From positions 1 to 24,000 of the forward strand of contig PWMI01000075.1 in the NCBI GenBank assembly GCA_003558235.1: a stretch of DNA of 24,000 bases, given 5' to 3'. Positions 1 to 8,758 of this stretch are shown here, piece after piece (positions within the stretch are counted from its first letter, which is position 1; each line of letters opens with the position of its first letter). The DNA is from Candidatus Iainarchaeum sp. (GTDB taxonomy: Archaea; B1Sed10-29). The notes beneath the pieces are model-generated. The model saw nothing but the letters and a program-made list of their open reading frames with translations, searched no databases and was not told the DNA's origin. Both the position numbers and the translations under genes were made by a program.

Positions 1-1
1 A

Positions 2-460
2 CCCAAAACATACACAGCATGCTACCTCGACCTCTGCCTACACTCACAGCAACAAAGACCAGTAACACACATAGAAGAAACACTACAACAAGCACAAAAA
101 ACACACATAGTATTCGAAGGAGAAGAAAACAGAACAGAAGAAAACCCAATGACCTTCCAAGCAGCAACCAAGATGATAACCGCAGCAGGAAGAAAAACAA
201 CCATAACCCAAGAAAACATCTACGTAGTAACACACAGAAACAACCAACCAATCAAATGCGAAAACCTACTCGACCAAGAGTTCCCACTAAAACACTGCCA
301 AGAACTACAACCACAACAAAACGAAATGACAATACACCTAAAGTACCCAAACCACCACGAAAACAGAGTAGACATAGAAAACAACAAAATAACAATCAAA
401 ACCAAATCACCACAAGACCTACTAGCAACAGCCACATTCCTAGAACAAAAATTCTTCTAG
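2..460 (+). CDS. hypothetical protein, 5'-truncated by the window edge
   Basis: Frame 2 is open from nt 2. There is no stop in the 49 codons upstream of the ATG at 149 that the ORF track uses, and the frame ends at TAG 458-460. Codons in this frame end almost only in A or C, like the neighbouring real genes. The overlapping 19..489 ORF is a low-complexity R/K/N/T shadow. No family recognised. Confidence 0.5.
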   Translation, partial: PKTYTACYLDLCLHSQQQRPVTHIEETLQQAQKTHIVFEGEENRTEENPMTFQAATKMITAAGRKTTITQENIYVVTHRNNQPIKCENLLDQEFPLKHCQELQPQQNEMTIHLKYPNHHENRVDIENNKITIKTKSPQDLLATATFLEQKFF

Positions 461-485
461 GAAAAACCCCAAAGGAAGTAAATAG

Positions 486-1406
486 ATGAAACTAAACAAA
501 AACATACTCTGGATAACCCTAGCAGTAGCAGTAATAGCAGCACTCGCGATACACACAGACCCCACCGAAATAACACAAGCAAACCCAGCGCTACTAGTCG
601 CAGCAGCAGCAACATTCACAGCATCAATCTACACATGGTTCCTAGCATGGAACCACCTAATGAAAGAACCATTCAAAAAATGCATAAAGATAAACACCAA
701 GTCACTCATGGGCATATTCGCGCCGATGGGACTAGGAACAGACCTACTACGAGCATACTTCTCCAAAAAAGAACAAATAAGTGGATCAAGAGCAATAGCA
801 GCGAGCTTCATGGTCAAGTTCTGGAAGTTCCTACTGATGTTCTTCCTAATGCTACTAGCAATAGTCCTACTAGCAACAAGAACACCCGAGTTCCTCCAGC
901 AAGCACCCTCATTCATAGCAGCACTACTACTAACCATGGCCGGAGCAGTAATAGTACTACTATTCAGATTCAAAGCAGTAGCACAAAAACTAAACAAATT
1001 ACTCAAAAGATACCCCATGATCAGGTTCCACGAAGAACTAAAACACCAGTTCCACGAACTAACACCACGAACAACAGCAACACTAGTAACCACACTAGCA
1101 GCATCAACTCTACTAGAAGTAGCAACAGTCTACCTACTATTCCTATCAATAGGAGTAAACCTAACAATGATACAGATATTCATATTCACAGCAGTAGCAC
1201 ACAGCCTAGTACTAGTACCACTAACCCCACAAGGAATAGGAATAGCAGAAGGAGGAGGATACATACTACTATCCATGACCTACTTCGCACTACCCAAAGG
1301 AACAATAGGAAGCTTCCTAATACTATGGAACATAGTAAGAATATGGGTACCCAGCGCAGTAGGCCTAGCCACAACAATCATAGACAAAGGAACAAAGAGG
1401 AGATAA
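486..1406 (+). CDS. polytopic membrane protein, flippase-like (UPF0104 / lysyl-PG-synthase TM-domain type)
   Basis: 306 aa with about 8 hydrophobic segments. A 'PLTPQGIGIAEGGG' loop resembles the P-G-G-x-G-x-x-E signature of the UPF0104 family. Its stop (TAA 1404-1406) lies 1 nt before the start of the GT2 gene, a pairing typical for this family. Confidence 0.6.
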   Translation: MKLNKNILWITLAVAVIAALAIHTDPTEITQANPALLVAAAATFTASIYTWFLAWNHLMKEPFKKCIKINTKSLMGIFAPMGLGTDLLRAYFSKKEQISGSRAIAASFMVKFWKFLLMFFLMLLAIVLLATRTPEFLQQAPSFIAALLLTMAGAVIVLLFRFKAVAQKLNKLLKRYPMIRFHEELKHQFHELTPRTTATLVTTLAASTLLEVATVYLLFLSIGVNLTMIQIFIFTAVAHSLVLVPLTPQGIGIAEGGGYILLSMTYFALPKGTIGSFLILWNIVRIWVPSAVGLATTIIDKGTKRR

Positions 1407-1407
1407 A

Positions 1408-2103
1408 ATGATATCAATAATCATACCATCATACAACGAAGAACAAAACATAGAAAAAGCAGTAAAAGAAATGAAAAAACTAAAACTCAAAGAAAAACAC
1501 GAAGTAATAGTAGTAGACGACGGATCAACAGACAAAACAGCGGAAAAAGCAGAAAAAGCAGGAGCAGACCAAGTAGTAACCTACAAACAAAACCAAGGAA
1601 AAGGTTACGCAATGAGAAAAGGAACAGAAAAAGCAAAAGGACAAAAAATACTATTCAGCGACGCAGACCAATACACCACGAAAGACATATCACTATTCAT
1701 GAAAAAACTAGAACAAGCAGACATAGTAATCGGAAAAAGAGACTTCACTAAGATACCATGGCCAAGAAGAATAAACATAGGACTAACAAAACTAGCAATC
1801 CTACTAGCAACAGGAAAAACCATCCAAGACCCCATCTGCGGAATAAGAGCAATGTACAAAAAAGACATCCAGAAACTCAACCTACAAGAAAACAGATTCG
1901 AAGTAGAATCAGAGATAAACCTAAAAGCACTCAAAAGAAAAATGAGCATCCAGTACGTACCAATACACATAGAATACCCAGAAGGAACATTCAAAGTAAA
2001 CAAACTAAACTGGACAAACAGCTTCAAAATCATCAAGTACCTAGTAAAATCAGTACTACAATCATGGGCAGGAACATACGGAGAAAAACACCAAGCCAAA
2101 TGA
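1408..2103 (+). CDS. family 2 glycosyltransferase (polyprenol/dolichol-phosphate hexosyltransferase-like)
   Basis: 231 aa. The N-terminus 'ISIIIPSYNEEQNI', 'VIVVDDGSTDKT' and the 'FSDADQ' DxD-type motif form the classic GT-A / GT2 pattern (Dpm1/GtrB/ArnC-like). Confidence 0.85.
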   Translation: MISIIIPSYNEEQNIEKAVKEMKKLKLKEKHEVIVVDDGSTDKTAEKAEKAGADQVVTYKQNQGKGYAMRKGTEKAKGQKILFSDADQYTTKDISLFMKKLEQADIVIGKRDFTKIPWPRRINIGLTKLAILLATGKTIQDPICGIRAMYKKDIQKLNLQENRFEVESEINLKALKRKMSIQYVPIHIEYPEGTFKVNKLNWTNSFKIIKYLVKSVLQSWAGTYGEKHQAK

Positions 2104-2274
2104 AACGACCTAAAGAGATACAGACACCACCAAAACAAAAGAAAAAACCCATGAGCAAGTGAAACAAACCCAAAGACAAACTAGAGAAAGAGACGAGTTT
2201 AAAGAACAGATAAACCACGAGGACCCCAACACTTCACCCACCAACCACGAAAAACACGAATAAAAAGTGATCAA

Positions 2275-3759
2275 ATGAACATGAAACAACTGACATACAA
2301 ACAGAAACTACTCATACTCACATGCATCGCGATCACGGTATTCGCAATGCCACAGATCCTAAGAACAACACTACACCACGACTCCATGTTAGGATCAACC
2401 ACATACTACCACAGAAGAGTAGCACACCTAGTAGTATCAGGGCAACAGATAGATCCACTATCCTTCGGAGGCAGACCCATAACCTACCCACCAGGATTCT
2501 CATGGATGATAGTACTAACCCCGCTCCCAGAGTTCCTACTAGCACCACTCATAGGAGGACTAGGGATAATAGTAGGATACTACTTCGTCAAAGAACTCGG
2601 ACTAACCGACAAACAAGCACTATACTCCTCGATGTTCCTATTCTTCAACCCAGCATACGCATACTTCGCAGTACACCTCAACCCAAGGCTACCAGCCATA
2701 ATAATGATGGTCATAGCCTACATAATGATAAACAAAGACAACAAAAAGATCAACTACCTCTCAGCAATCCCCGTAGCAGCATCACTCATAACCAGCCCGA
2801 TGATAGGAGCCACACTGATAGTAGTAGGGCTAATCGCATTCAGGAAAAAAATCAAGAAGATGGTAGCACCATTCTCAGCAGCAACACTAGCATTCATGAT
2901 ACACTTCGTACCGATAATAGCTGAAAACGGGTTATTCCAAAGCCACGAAGCATACGAAATATTCACGGAATTAAACAGAGGAATACAGTACTTCATACTA
3001 GAATCAGGACTAACAGCAATATCCTTCACAGTAGTAATGGTAATCCTAGCAGCATACGGGTTCTTCAAACTCAACGACCCACAATCAAAACCAGTTCGAG
3101 AATGGCTACTAATCGGAACCATCGCGTCACTAGCAATATTCAACAGAATGAACGATGTACTGATCTACCCAGTATCCATACTAGCTGGAGTCATCCTAGC
3201 AACACACGTAGACGGCCTCAGAGAAACACTGAAACTAGAGTGGATACCAAGAAAATGGTTAAAAAGAATCCTTTGGGCATACCTAATAATCCTCGTAGTG
3301 GTTCCAGGAATAGGGATGATAACCATAGACCCATCACCAGAACAACACGAAGCAATGATGTGGATAAAACAAAACACCCCCGAAAACGCAACGATAATGG
3401 CCTACTGGTGGGAAGGCCACTACATAACAGGGATAGCCGACAGAAGAAACGTAATGGACGCTTACCTCGAGTTCGCCCCTGAAGTGGACGAAAGATACGA
3501 AGACGTGAGGATGGTAATGTTCGGATCGAGAGCAGAAAAAACAATAGAAATAATGCAGAAGTACAATGCGGAGTACATCCTCTACAGGATAGATACAGGC
3601 AGAAACCACTGCTCAGGGTTCCCATACGTCTCCAAACACGGAAAATTCGAAGAAGTGTTCTCAAACGAAGAATACAGGATATATAAACTCAGGGAAGAAC
3701 CCATCTCACCAGGATCAGACCTATGCGAAGCAATAGACGAAAAAAGAAGAGAAAAATAG
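2275..3759 (+). CDS. GT-C glycosyltransferase, short AglB/STT3-like oligosaccharyltransferase
   Basis: 494 aa with a multi-TM N-terminal part. The first external loop 'HHDSMLGSTTYYHRRVAHLVVSG..IDPLSFGGRPITYPPG' matches the STT3/AglB D-x-x...YYH-x-R...D...YP-x-G pattern. The C-terminal soluble part has 'AYWWEGHYITG' (codons 3406-3420) at the WWDYG position. It is followed by 'AEKTIEIMQKYNAEYILY', which resembles the conserved STT3 C-terminal block. Confidence 0.6.
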   Translation: MNMKQLTYKQKLLILTCIAITVFAMPQILRTTLHHDSMLGSTTYYHRRVAHLVVSGQQIDPLSFGGRPITYPPGFSWMIVLTPLPEFLLAPLIGGLGIIVGYYFVKELGLTDKQALYSSMFLFFNPAYAYFAVHLNPRLPAIIMMVIAYIMINKDNKKINYLSAIPVAASLITSPMIGATLIVVGLIAFRKKIKKMVAPFSAATLAFMIHFVPIIAENGLFQSHEAYEIFTELNRGIQYFILESGLTAISFTVVMVILAAYGFFKLNDPQSKPVREWLLIGTIASLAIFNRMNDVLIYPVSILAGVILATHVDGLRETLKLEWIPRKWLKRILWAYLIILVVVPGIGMITIDPSPEQHEAMMWIKQNTPENATIMAYWWEGHYITGIADRRNVMDAYLEFAPEVDERYEDVRMVMFGSRAEKTIEIMQKYNAEYILYRIDTGRNHCSGFPYVSKHGKFEEVFSNEEYRIYKLREEPISPGSDLCEAIDEKRREK

Positions 3760-3760
3760 A

Positions 3761-5062
3761 TCAATCCAAACAATCAATCCTTCCGAAAACACCCAAATCG
3801 GTTTCAAGTACCTCGGAGAACTCAGCCTCTTCATTCCAGTAATCGGGCTCCCAGATAACGTTTCCATCGAACTTCCAGAGGAAAACAGCCACATCTTCAC
3901 ATGAAGTCTTCTCCTCAAGCTCCTCATAGGTCCTCGGGAGCTTCCTAAATCTATCGGAACCCATCAACCACCTAATCTGCTCATCATTAACCTGCATGTA
4001 GACTAAGCCATCCTCGTAACTCGAGATAGATTCTACTCCATCAAGGTACCTCTGCACACCCCAGTTCCTCTGAGCCTGCCTGAACCTAGCGAACACGAAG
4101 GCCCCGGAAAGAACGAGGGAAACAATCAAAATCAAAGCCATTACCCTGTTTCTCTCCACTCTAGCCAGCCCCTTCGCCGAAGGGAGCAGTAATCCAGGCA
4201 AAAAGAAGATAGTGTACCTAGCAACCCACGTAGCACTAAGCAACAGGGTCCCAGCTATCACCAACAAGCAGTAGACAAGGGAAAACCTAACGAAGGTATC
4301 GGAAAGATCCAGATTCCTCCTACCCCATAACAAGAGGAGCAACACAGGACCTAACCCTACCATAAACATCGAGATGAAGCTACTCAAACCAGGGAGAGCT
4401 ATCGGGTAAGAGTAACTCAAAGAGTACTCCAAGAAAAGGAACATGCTTGAACCCACCAAAAGAGTATACCCTACCAAAGGAGCAAAAGTAGAGACCAAGA
4501 ACCTCTTAAACTCGATCTTACTGTGAAAAAAGAGAAAAACAGGGACAAGGAGCAACGCGGATTCCTTCGTAAGAACAGCTAAAGACAGAGAAAGACCCAT
4601 CAACCAACTCCACTTATTCCTCTCCCCCCACTCATTCACAGATCTCAGGAAGAAGTAAATGGATAACAGAACGAAGAAGAGCACCACGTAGTCAGTCAAG
4701 ATGGTTCCGAAGTAGAACAGTAGTATGGGAGAGAACAGCATAGGTAGAGAAGTAAGTTCTCCTGGAAGATCAACTTCTTCACCTATCCAGAAAGCCAGTA
4801 AGAAAGACCCTAAAACAAAGGGAAGAATGATTAAGCGAGCCAACGGAAGAGGCAGACCAGAAACCAAGAAAGCAAGGGAAACGAAGGCAGGTCTGTGAAC
4901 CACGGGTATCTCGATCTCAGGGACCAGATTCCCTCTTCTCCAGGAAGCACCGTAGTTTAGGTATGTTCCCTCATCAGGATACATCCTAGGAATGAAAGAA
5001 GTAGCTAAAAACAGTAGGGTTACCAAGATCATGATTGAAACTATCTTACTTTTCCTATTCAT
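3761..5062 (-). CDS. GT-C glycosyltransferase, PMT/ArnT-like (GT39/GT83-type) membrane protein
   Basis: Multi-TM protein with 'YPDEGTY' in the first loop after TM1, the DE motif of PMT/ArnT-type lipid-linked-sugar transferases. The track ORF starts at a TTG (5089). The ATG at 5062 (MNRKSK...) is preceded by a G-rich SD-like run and overlaps the truD stop by 8 nt, so I prefer 5062. Confidence 0.6.
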   Translation of the reverse strand: MNRKSKIVSIMILVTLLFLATSFIPRMYPDEGTYLNYGASWRRGNLVPEIEIPVVHRPAFVSLAFLVSGLPLPLARLIILPFVLGSFLLAFWIGEEVDLPGELTSLPMLFSPILLFYFGTILTDYVVLFFVLLSIYFFLRSVNEWGERNKWSWLMGLSLSLAVLTKESALLLVPVFLFFHSKIEFKRFLVSTFAPLVGYTLLVGSSMFLFLEYSLSYSYPIALPGLSSFISMFMVGLGPVLLLLLWGRRNLDLSDTFVRFSLVYCLLVIAGTLLLSATWVARYTIFFLPGLLLPSAKGLARVERNRVMALILIVSLVLSGAFVFARFRQAQRNWGVQRYLDGVESISSYEDGLVYMQVNDEQIRWLMGSDRFRKLPRTYEELEEKTSCEDVAVFLWKFDGNVIWEPDYWNEEAEFSEVLETDLGVFGRIDCLD

Positions 5063-6137
5063 CTTTTTTCCCCCCAAAAAGTTGCTCAACAGCGACCGTT
5101 GCGTAGCTTCCCTTCGGAAGAGAGAACCTCACTATGTAAAAACCTTCTCCTTCTTTTAGTACTTCAAAGTCCTTTAACTCTATGAACAATTTTCTCCTTT
5201 CACCTTTCTCACTTAATTCGGGCATCAGGGTGTTCTTGAATTCACTCAGATCCAAATCGTGTCTTTCAAGGATTCTAAGTTCGTATTCGTTCTTTATTTC
5301 TGTGTTGTACCCGTAGATTGGTCCTTCTTCCTGTTTTAAGTTCTTGTCCTTGATTTCATCTATGTATTCATTGAACAGGTGGCTCTGGTATGCGTGTATG
5401 AACATCATCTCCAGGTTATGGGGGAGTTTCCGTATCGCGTTTATGTGGTCCAGAGGGTACTCTGAGAGGTGGTGCAGCAGTATTCTTTCGTAGTGCAAGT
5501 ATGTGGGGTACTTCTTGAGAGCTTCTTTGAACTCTCCCCAGTTTTCTTTCAACCATCTTCTGGCTTTGAGGGACTCCGGGTTTTCCTCTGGAAACTCTTT
5601 GGTCAGGTATATCTTCACTGCTTCCTCGGGATTCTTCTTCAGGAGTGCTTCTCCAACCAGGTGAGTTATGGGCCTCACTTTGCCGAATCGCTGGTGCCCG
5701 TAGTAGTTTGGTATCTTCTCAGGAACTTCCTTTATCTCCTGATCTGTCTCTATCTTCAGGGTGAATCTGTTTCCCCAGAGGTCTCCCAAAGTGACTCTTT
5801 CCCGTGTTTTTTCCAGTGGAAAGAGTTTCAGTCTGTTTACCTTGAAGTTTTCCAGGTCCTTCGGCTCCGCATTATTTATTGATACTCTTTGACTGGTTAC
5901 TGCTCGCTTATCTTTTGTTCCCGCAAAACCTATTCTTCTCCTGGACATATGGAGGGAGTTGCTTATTGCTCTTATGGCTTTGTTCTGCTCCCAGTTATCT
6001 TTTATAAGAACACAGATTAGGTTGTTTCCCTTTGTCTCAGGATTAAATTTGTAGTCTTTTTTTATTTCCAGGACATCTTCGTTGGGAGTTATCTCTTCTA
6101 CAACGAAGTCTTCTGGGCTCTTCTTTATTTGATACAT
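5055..6137 (-). CDS. truD: tRNA pseudouridine synthase TruD/Pus7 family
   Basis: 360 aa. It starts 'MYQIKKSPEDFVVEEI' and contains the catalytic 'GFAGTKDKRAVTSQ' block (G-x-K-D-x-x-A-x-T-x-Q) diagnostic of TruD/Pus7. Confidence 0.9.
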   Translation of the reverse strand: MYQIKKSPEDFVVEEITPNEDVLEIKKDYKFNPETKGNNLICVLIKDNWEQNKAIRAISNSLHMSRRRIGFAGTKDKRAVTSQRVSINNAEPKDLENFKVNRLKLFPLEKTRERVTLGDLWGNRFTLKIETDQEIKEVPEKIPNYYGHQRFGKVRPITHLVGEALLKKNPEEAVKIYLTKEFPEENPESLKARRWLKENWGEFKEALKKYPTYLHYERILLHHLSEYPLDHINAIRKLPHNLEMMFIHAYQSHLFNEYIDEIKDKNLKQEEGPIYGYNTEIKNEYELRILERHDLDLSEFKNTLMPELSEKGERRKLFIELKDFEVLKEGEGFYIVRFSLPKGSYATVAVEQLFGGKKDE

Positions 6138-6146
6138 CTATCTTCC

Positions 6147-7352
6147 TCAGTACCTTAGGATGGCGGCTATTCCTCCGAATGCCTGGTAGAACTGTTTTCC
6201 TTTGTCTGTTTCAGTTGAGATGTACAGTATTTCTGACCCGGTTTCTTCCGCCATCTTTTCAAGTTCATCAGAGACGTCTTTCTCTTCTTTTGTTTTCATC
6301 TCGTTGTTGCACTCTGGACATATCTTTCCTTGTTTCTCGAACTCGTCCCAGTCCTTCACGAGTTCTTTTTTGATTTCTCCGCAGGATGGGCACTCTAACT
6401 CTACGTGTGCCCATTCCAGTTCGTCTGATAAGAGTAGTTTATCTACTTTTCCTTCTTCCAGTGCTTTTACTACTTCTCTGAGCCCGTAGGTTGCTAGGTG
6501 GCTGTCCACCAGTTTTCTCAGGAACTCGTTCACGATCTCTCTTTCTTGCTGTACTTCTAGGTCTTCTATTACTTCTTCTGATTTCTCCATTAGTTCTTTT
6601 ACTCCTGATTCGTCCGAGTAGCCTGTGTTTATCTTTCCGATTATCTTGTCTTTGACTCTTTTGGTGAGATATTTTTTGCTCGCTAGATCGTCCTTTGTTT
6701 GTCCGGGTCCTCCTAGTATCACACCTTTTATTTCTTCTTTATCAAGTTCGTGGTTTACTGCGTCCCCCACTTTTTTGAGGAACTCGTGTCTGGCTTCGTT
6801 TATTAGTCTTTCAAATCTTCTTTGGCTCCATCCTCCTTTCGTGTGTTTTGAGGGTACGCTTGAGCTGAATCTTTGCCTTATTTCCAAGTTTTTACCTGTT
6901 AATTTGGCTATTGTAGCGTCTTTTCCATCTATCGTGACTAATCCGTATTTTTCTTTTGATTCCACCAGTTTTTCGAGTGGTTCAAGGTAGAAGCGTGAGT
7001 CGCATCTGTAGAGGTTTATCTTTATGGGGTTTGGGGGGATTATTCTGTACTGCTTTACGTCTCCTGCTATGTATCCGCAGAATATGGCTACTCCATTTTT
7101 AGGTGGTTTCTTCACGCCTGTTAATGCGTGTATTATGCTCTTCAATGCTGCTTGAACGTTTTTTCGCGTTGACTTTGACTTTATGTTTGCGGCTTCACTG
7201 TACTCGGTTCTCAGCCTACTTACTTCTTGGCTTATGTTGTGGTCGCCTGGAATGTAGATGCTGATTAACTCGGTTCCCTTTCCTTTCTTCTTCTTGAGTT
7301 GTTTCAGTTTCTTTTCAAGCTGCTTTTTTTCTTTGTCGTCCATCTCGATCAC
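6147..7352 (-). CDS. prf1: peptide chain release factor aRF1 (non-canonical GGW motif)
   Basis: 401 aa with an aRF1 N-domain: 'ELISIYIPG', NIKS (aa 56-59) and YxCxxxF ('YRCDSRF', aa 115-121). The middle domain reads 'SKHTKGGWSQRRFERL' where aRF1/eRF1 have 'HGRGGQSAxRFxRL'. The C-domain carries a CxxC...CxxC insertion. The track start is a GTG at 7352; the ATG at 7343 (MDDKEKK) with an upstream GTGAT is an alternative. Confidence 0.9.
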   Translation of the reverse strand: MIEMDDKEKKQLEKKLKQLKKKKGKGTELISIYIPGDHNISQEVSRLRTEYSEAANIKSKSTRKNVQAALKSIIHALTGVKKPPKNGVAIFCGYIAGDVKQYRIIPPNPIKINLYRCDSRFYLEPLEKLVESKEKYGLVTIDGKDATIAKLTGKNLEIRQRFSSSVPSKHTKGGWSQRRFERLINEARHEFLKKVGDAVNHELDKEEIKGVILGGPGQTKDDLASKKYLTKRVKDKIIGKINTGYSDESGVKELMEKSEEVIEDLEVQQEREIVNEFLRKLVDSHLATYGLREVVKALEEGKVDKLLLSDELEWAHVELECPSCGEIKKELVKDWDEFEKQGKICPECNNEMKTKEEKDVSDELEKMAEETGSEILYISTETDKGKQFYQAFGGIAAILRY

Positions 7353-7434
7353 TTTTCTCGTTATAGTATTCTACTTTTGGTATGTTAAATCTGTAGGGGT
7401 ACCGGTTCATGAGATTTTGTGGGGGGTTTGTTGT

Positions 7435-8388
7435 TCATCTGTCTTTTGCGTTGACCAGTTCCTTCGCTTCGCTGGGGAGCAGTATTGGTTTTTCATAGTT
7501 TTTCCAGTCATCCAGAACTATCCTTGGGCACGCGTTTATCACGAATGCATCGAAGGGGAGGTAGTTTACCTTGTTCGGTGTTATCTCAGTCATTTTAACT
7601 TCGTAAACTTTCTTTCCTTTCTCTCTGAGGGTTTTCTTGGTTTCTTTGAGGAGGGGTGTGTCGATCTGGCCGGGGTGCTTCGTGGTGATTAATGCGAATG
7701 TTTTCGCGTTCCTCGCTTTGTCTTTACGGATTTCCTTTTCCTTCATCCACTGCCCGGGTTTCACTGTGGTAACTTCTCCGTTGTAGGGATTTCCTTGAAT
7801 GATCTCGGTTCCTACTGCGTTGGCTACTCCTTGGGGGTGAAACTTCCCTGATCCTATGAATAGGAGGGAGTCAGCTTTCTTCACTTCGAGTGTGGAATCG
7901 AAGGAGCATCCTAGTACTTGGGCTTCGCGAACACGTTCGTTTCCTGGGTAGGTTACGGGGGTCTTCCCTAGCTCTCTTACTGCTTTTTTCATGTCCGGTA
8001 GCTTGTGTAGGTGCTGTGTTAGTGTAACTATGCCTATTTTTTCCCCTTTTGCTTTCTCCGCTGCTTTTTTGGTTACTTCGTGGACTTCGAGATTTGACTT
8101 TATCGGTAAGTACATGGTGTTTTCTGCTTCGATCATCTCGGTGTGGCCGAAGTGTAGAACGAGATCGTAGTCCTTCATTTCTTCCTTAGTAGGTATGCAG
8201 CATGCTCCCCATATCATACCGCCATCTAAAACTGCTTCGGCGTTAGTTTCTTCTTTTATGGTTTCCATTATCTCCTTTGACTTTGTTTTCATTCCTTCAG
8301 GTAGTTGTATCAATACTCTAGAAGGAGAGTCTCTCTTTATCCTTTCTACTACTCTCTCTAGTTCCAGGTTATACTTCATTTTTTTCAT
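7435..8388 (-). CDS. dph2: diphthamide biosynthesis enzyme Dph2 (2-(3-amino-3-carboxypropyl)histidine synthase)
   Basis: 317 aa. 'RVLIQLPEGMK' at the N-terminus is typical of Dph1/Dph2. There are three candidate [4Fe-4S] cysteines in separate domains ('WGACC', 'VLGCSF', 'INACPR'), as in archaeal Dph2. Confidence 0.85.
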   Translation of the reverse strand: MKKMKYNLELERVVERIKRDSPSRVLIQLPEGMKTKSKEIMETIKEETNAEAVLDGGMIWGACCIPTKEEMKDYDLVLHFGHTEMIEAENTMYLPIKSNLEVHEVTKKAAEKAKGEKIGIVTLTQHLHKLPDMKKAVRELGKTPVTYPGNERVREAQVLGCSFDSTLEVKKADSLLFIGSGKFHPQGVANAVGTEIIQGNPYNGEVTTVKPGQWMKEKEIRKDKARNAKTFALITTKHPGQIDTPLLKETKKTLREKGKKVYEVKMTEITPNKVNYLPFDAFVINACPRIVLDDWKNYEKPILLPSEAKELVNAKDR

Positions 8389-8500
8389 CTCTTGCTGTAG
8401 TTTTTCTTGGTTTCCTTATTCATTAACTTTGATTAACTAAGGGTCGTCTGGAAACTGGGAAAACAGGAAATGCCTTATTTTCATGTTGTGTGAAGAATAC

Positions 8501-8546
8501 AAAAGGTTATATATTGTAAGTGTTGTAAATATTGTAAATTTGTAGG
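8501..8546 (+). promoter_or_regulatory. putative archaeal promoter (BRE/TATA) plus tandem TTGTAA operator-like repeats upstream of the toxin-antitoxin operon
   Basis: 'AAAAGG TTATATAT' at 8501-8513 looks like a purine-rich BRE followed by a TATA box. It is followed immediately by TTGTAAGTG / TTGTAAATA / TTGTAAATT / TTGTAGG, starting at 8514, 8523, 8532 and 8540 (9-bp period). These repeats overlap the expected transcription start, about 25 bp downstream of the TATA. Confidence 0.35.
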
Positions 8547-8554
8547 TGGTATTT

Positions 8555-8758
8555 ATGGTTCAAAAGATGGAGAAAAGAATACCTGTATCTGAATCTAGGT
8601 GGAAGCAGCTTGGAGAGATGAAAGGAGCTGGAGTCACGTATGATCAGTTGATAAAAGAACTGATTCAAAAGGCAAATAGGTATGAGCTGGCGAAAAAGTT
8701 AAGAAAAGCTGAGAGAGGAGAGGGAAAGTGGTTGAAGTTGGAGGAAAACGTTGAATGA
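8555..8758 (+). CDS. type II antitoxin (archaeal VapB/RelB-like small protein)
   Basis: 67 aa from ATG 8555, with SD-like AGGTGGT at 8543-8549 (the track uses GTG 8546). 'KRIPVSESRWKQLGEMKGAGVTYDQLIKELI' matches the archaeal small-antitoxin pattern x-I-x-V-S-x-x-x-x-x-x-L-x-x-x-K-G...(S/T)(F/Y)-(S/D)-x-(L/V)-I. Its stop overlaps the toxin start (ATGA, 8755-8758). Confidence 0.6.
   Translation: MVQKMEKRIPVSESRWKQLGEMKGAGVTYDQLIKELIQKANRYELAKKLRKAERGEGKWLKLEENVE

Noticed and set aside
19-489. Long low-complexity ORFs in alternative or antisense frames. Examples: 19..489, 635..1411, 2322..2924, 3218..3664, 15387..16121, 18754..19281, and 20104..21003 (299 aa, antisense to scpA).
   Set aside because: They overlap well-supported genes. 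They encode R/K/N/T/S- or S/L/F-rich low-complexity strings. They are explained by stop-codon depletion on strands almost devoid of T (or of A on the complement). They are shadows of the compositional bias, not genes.
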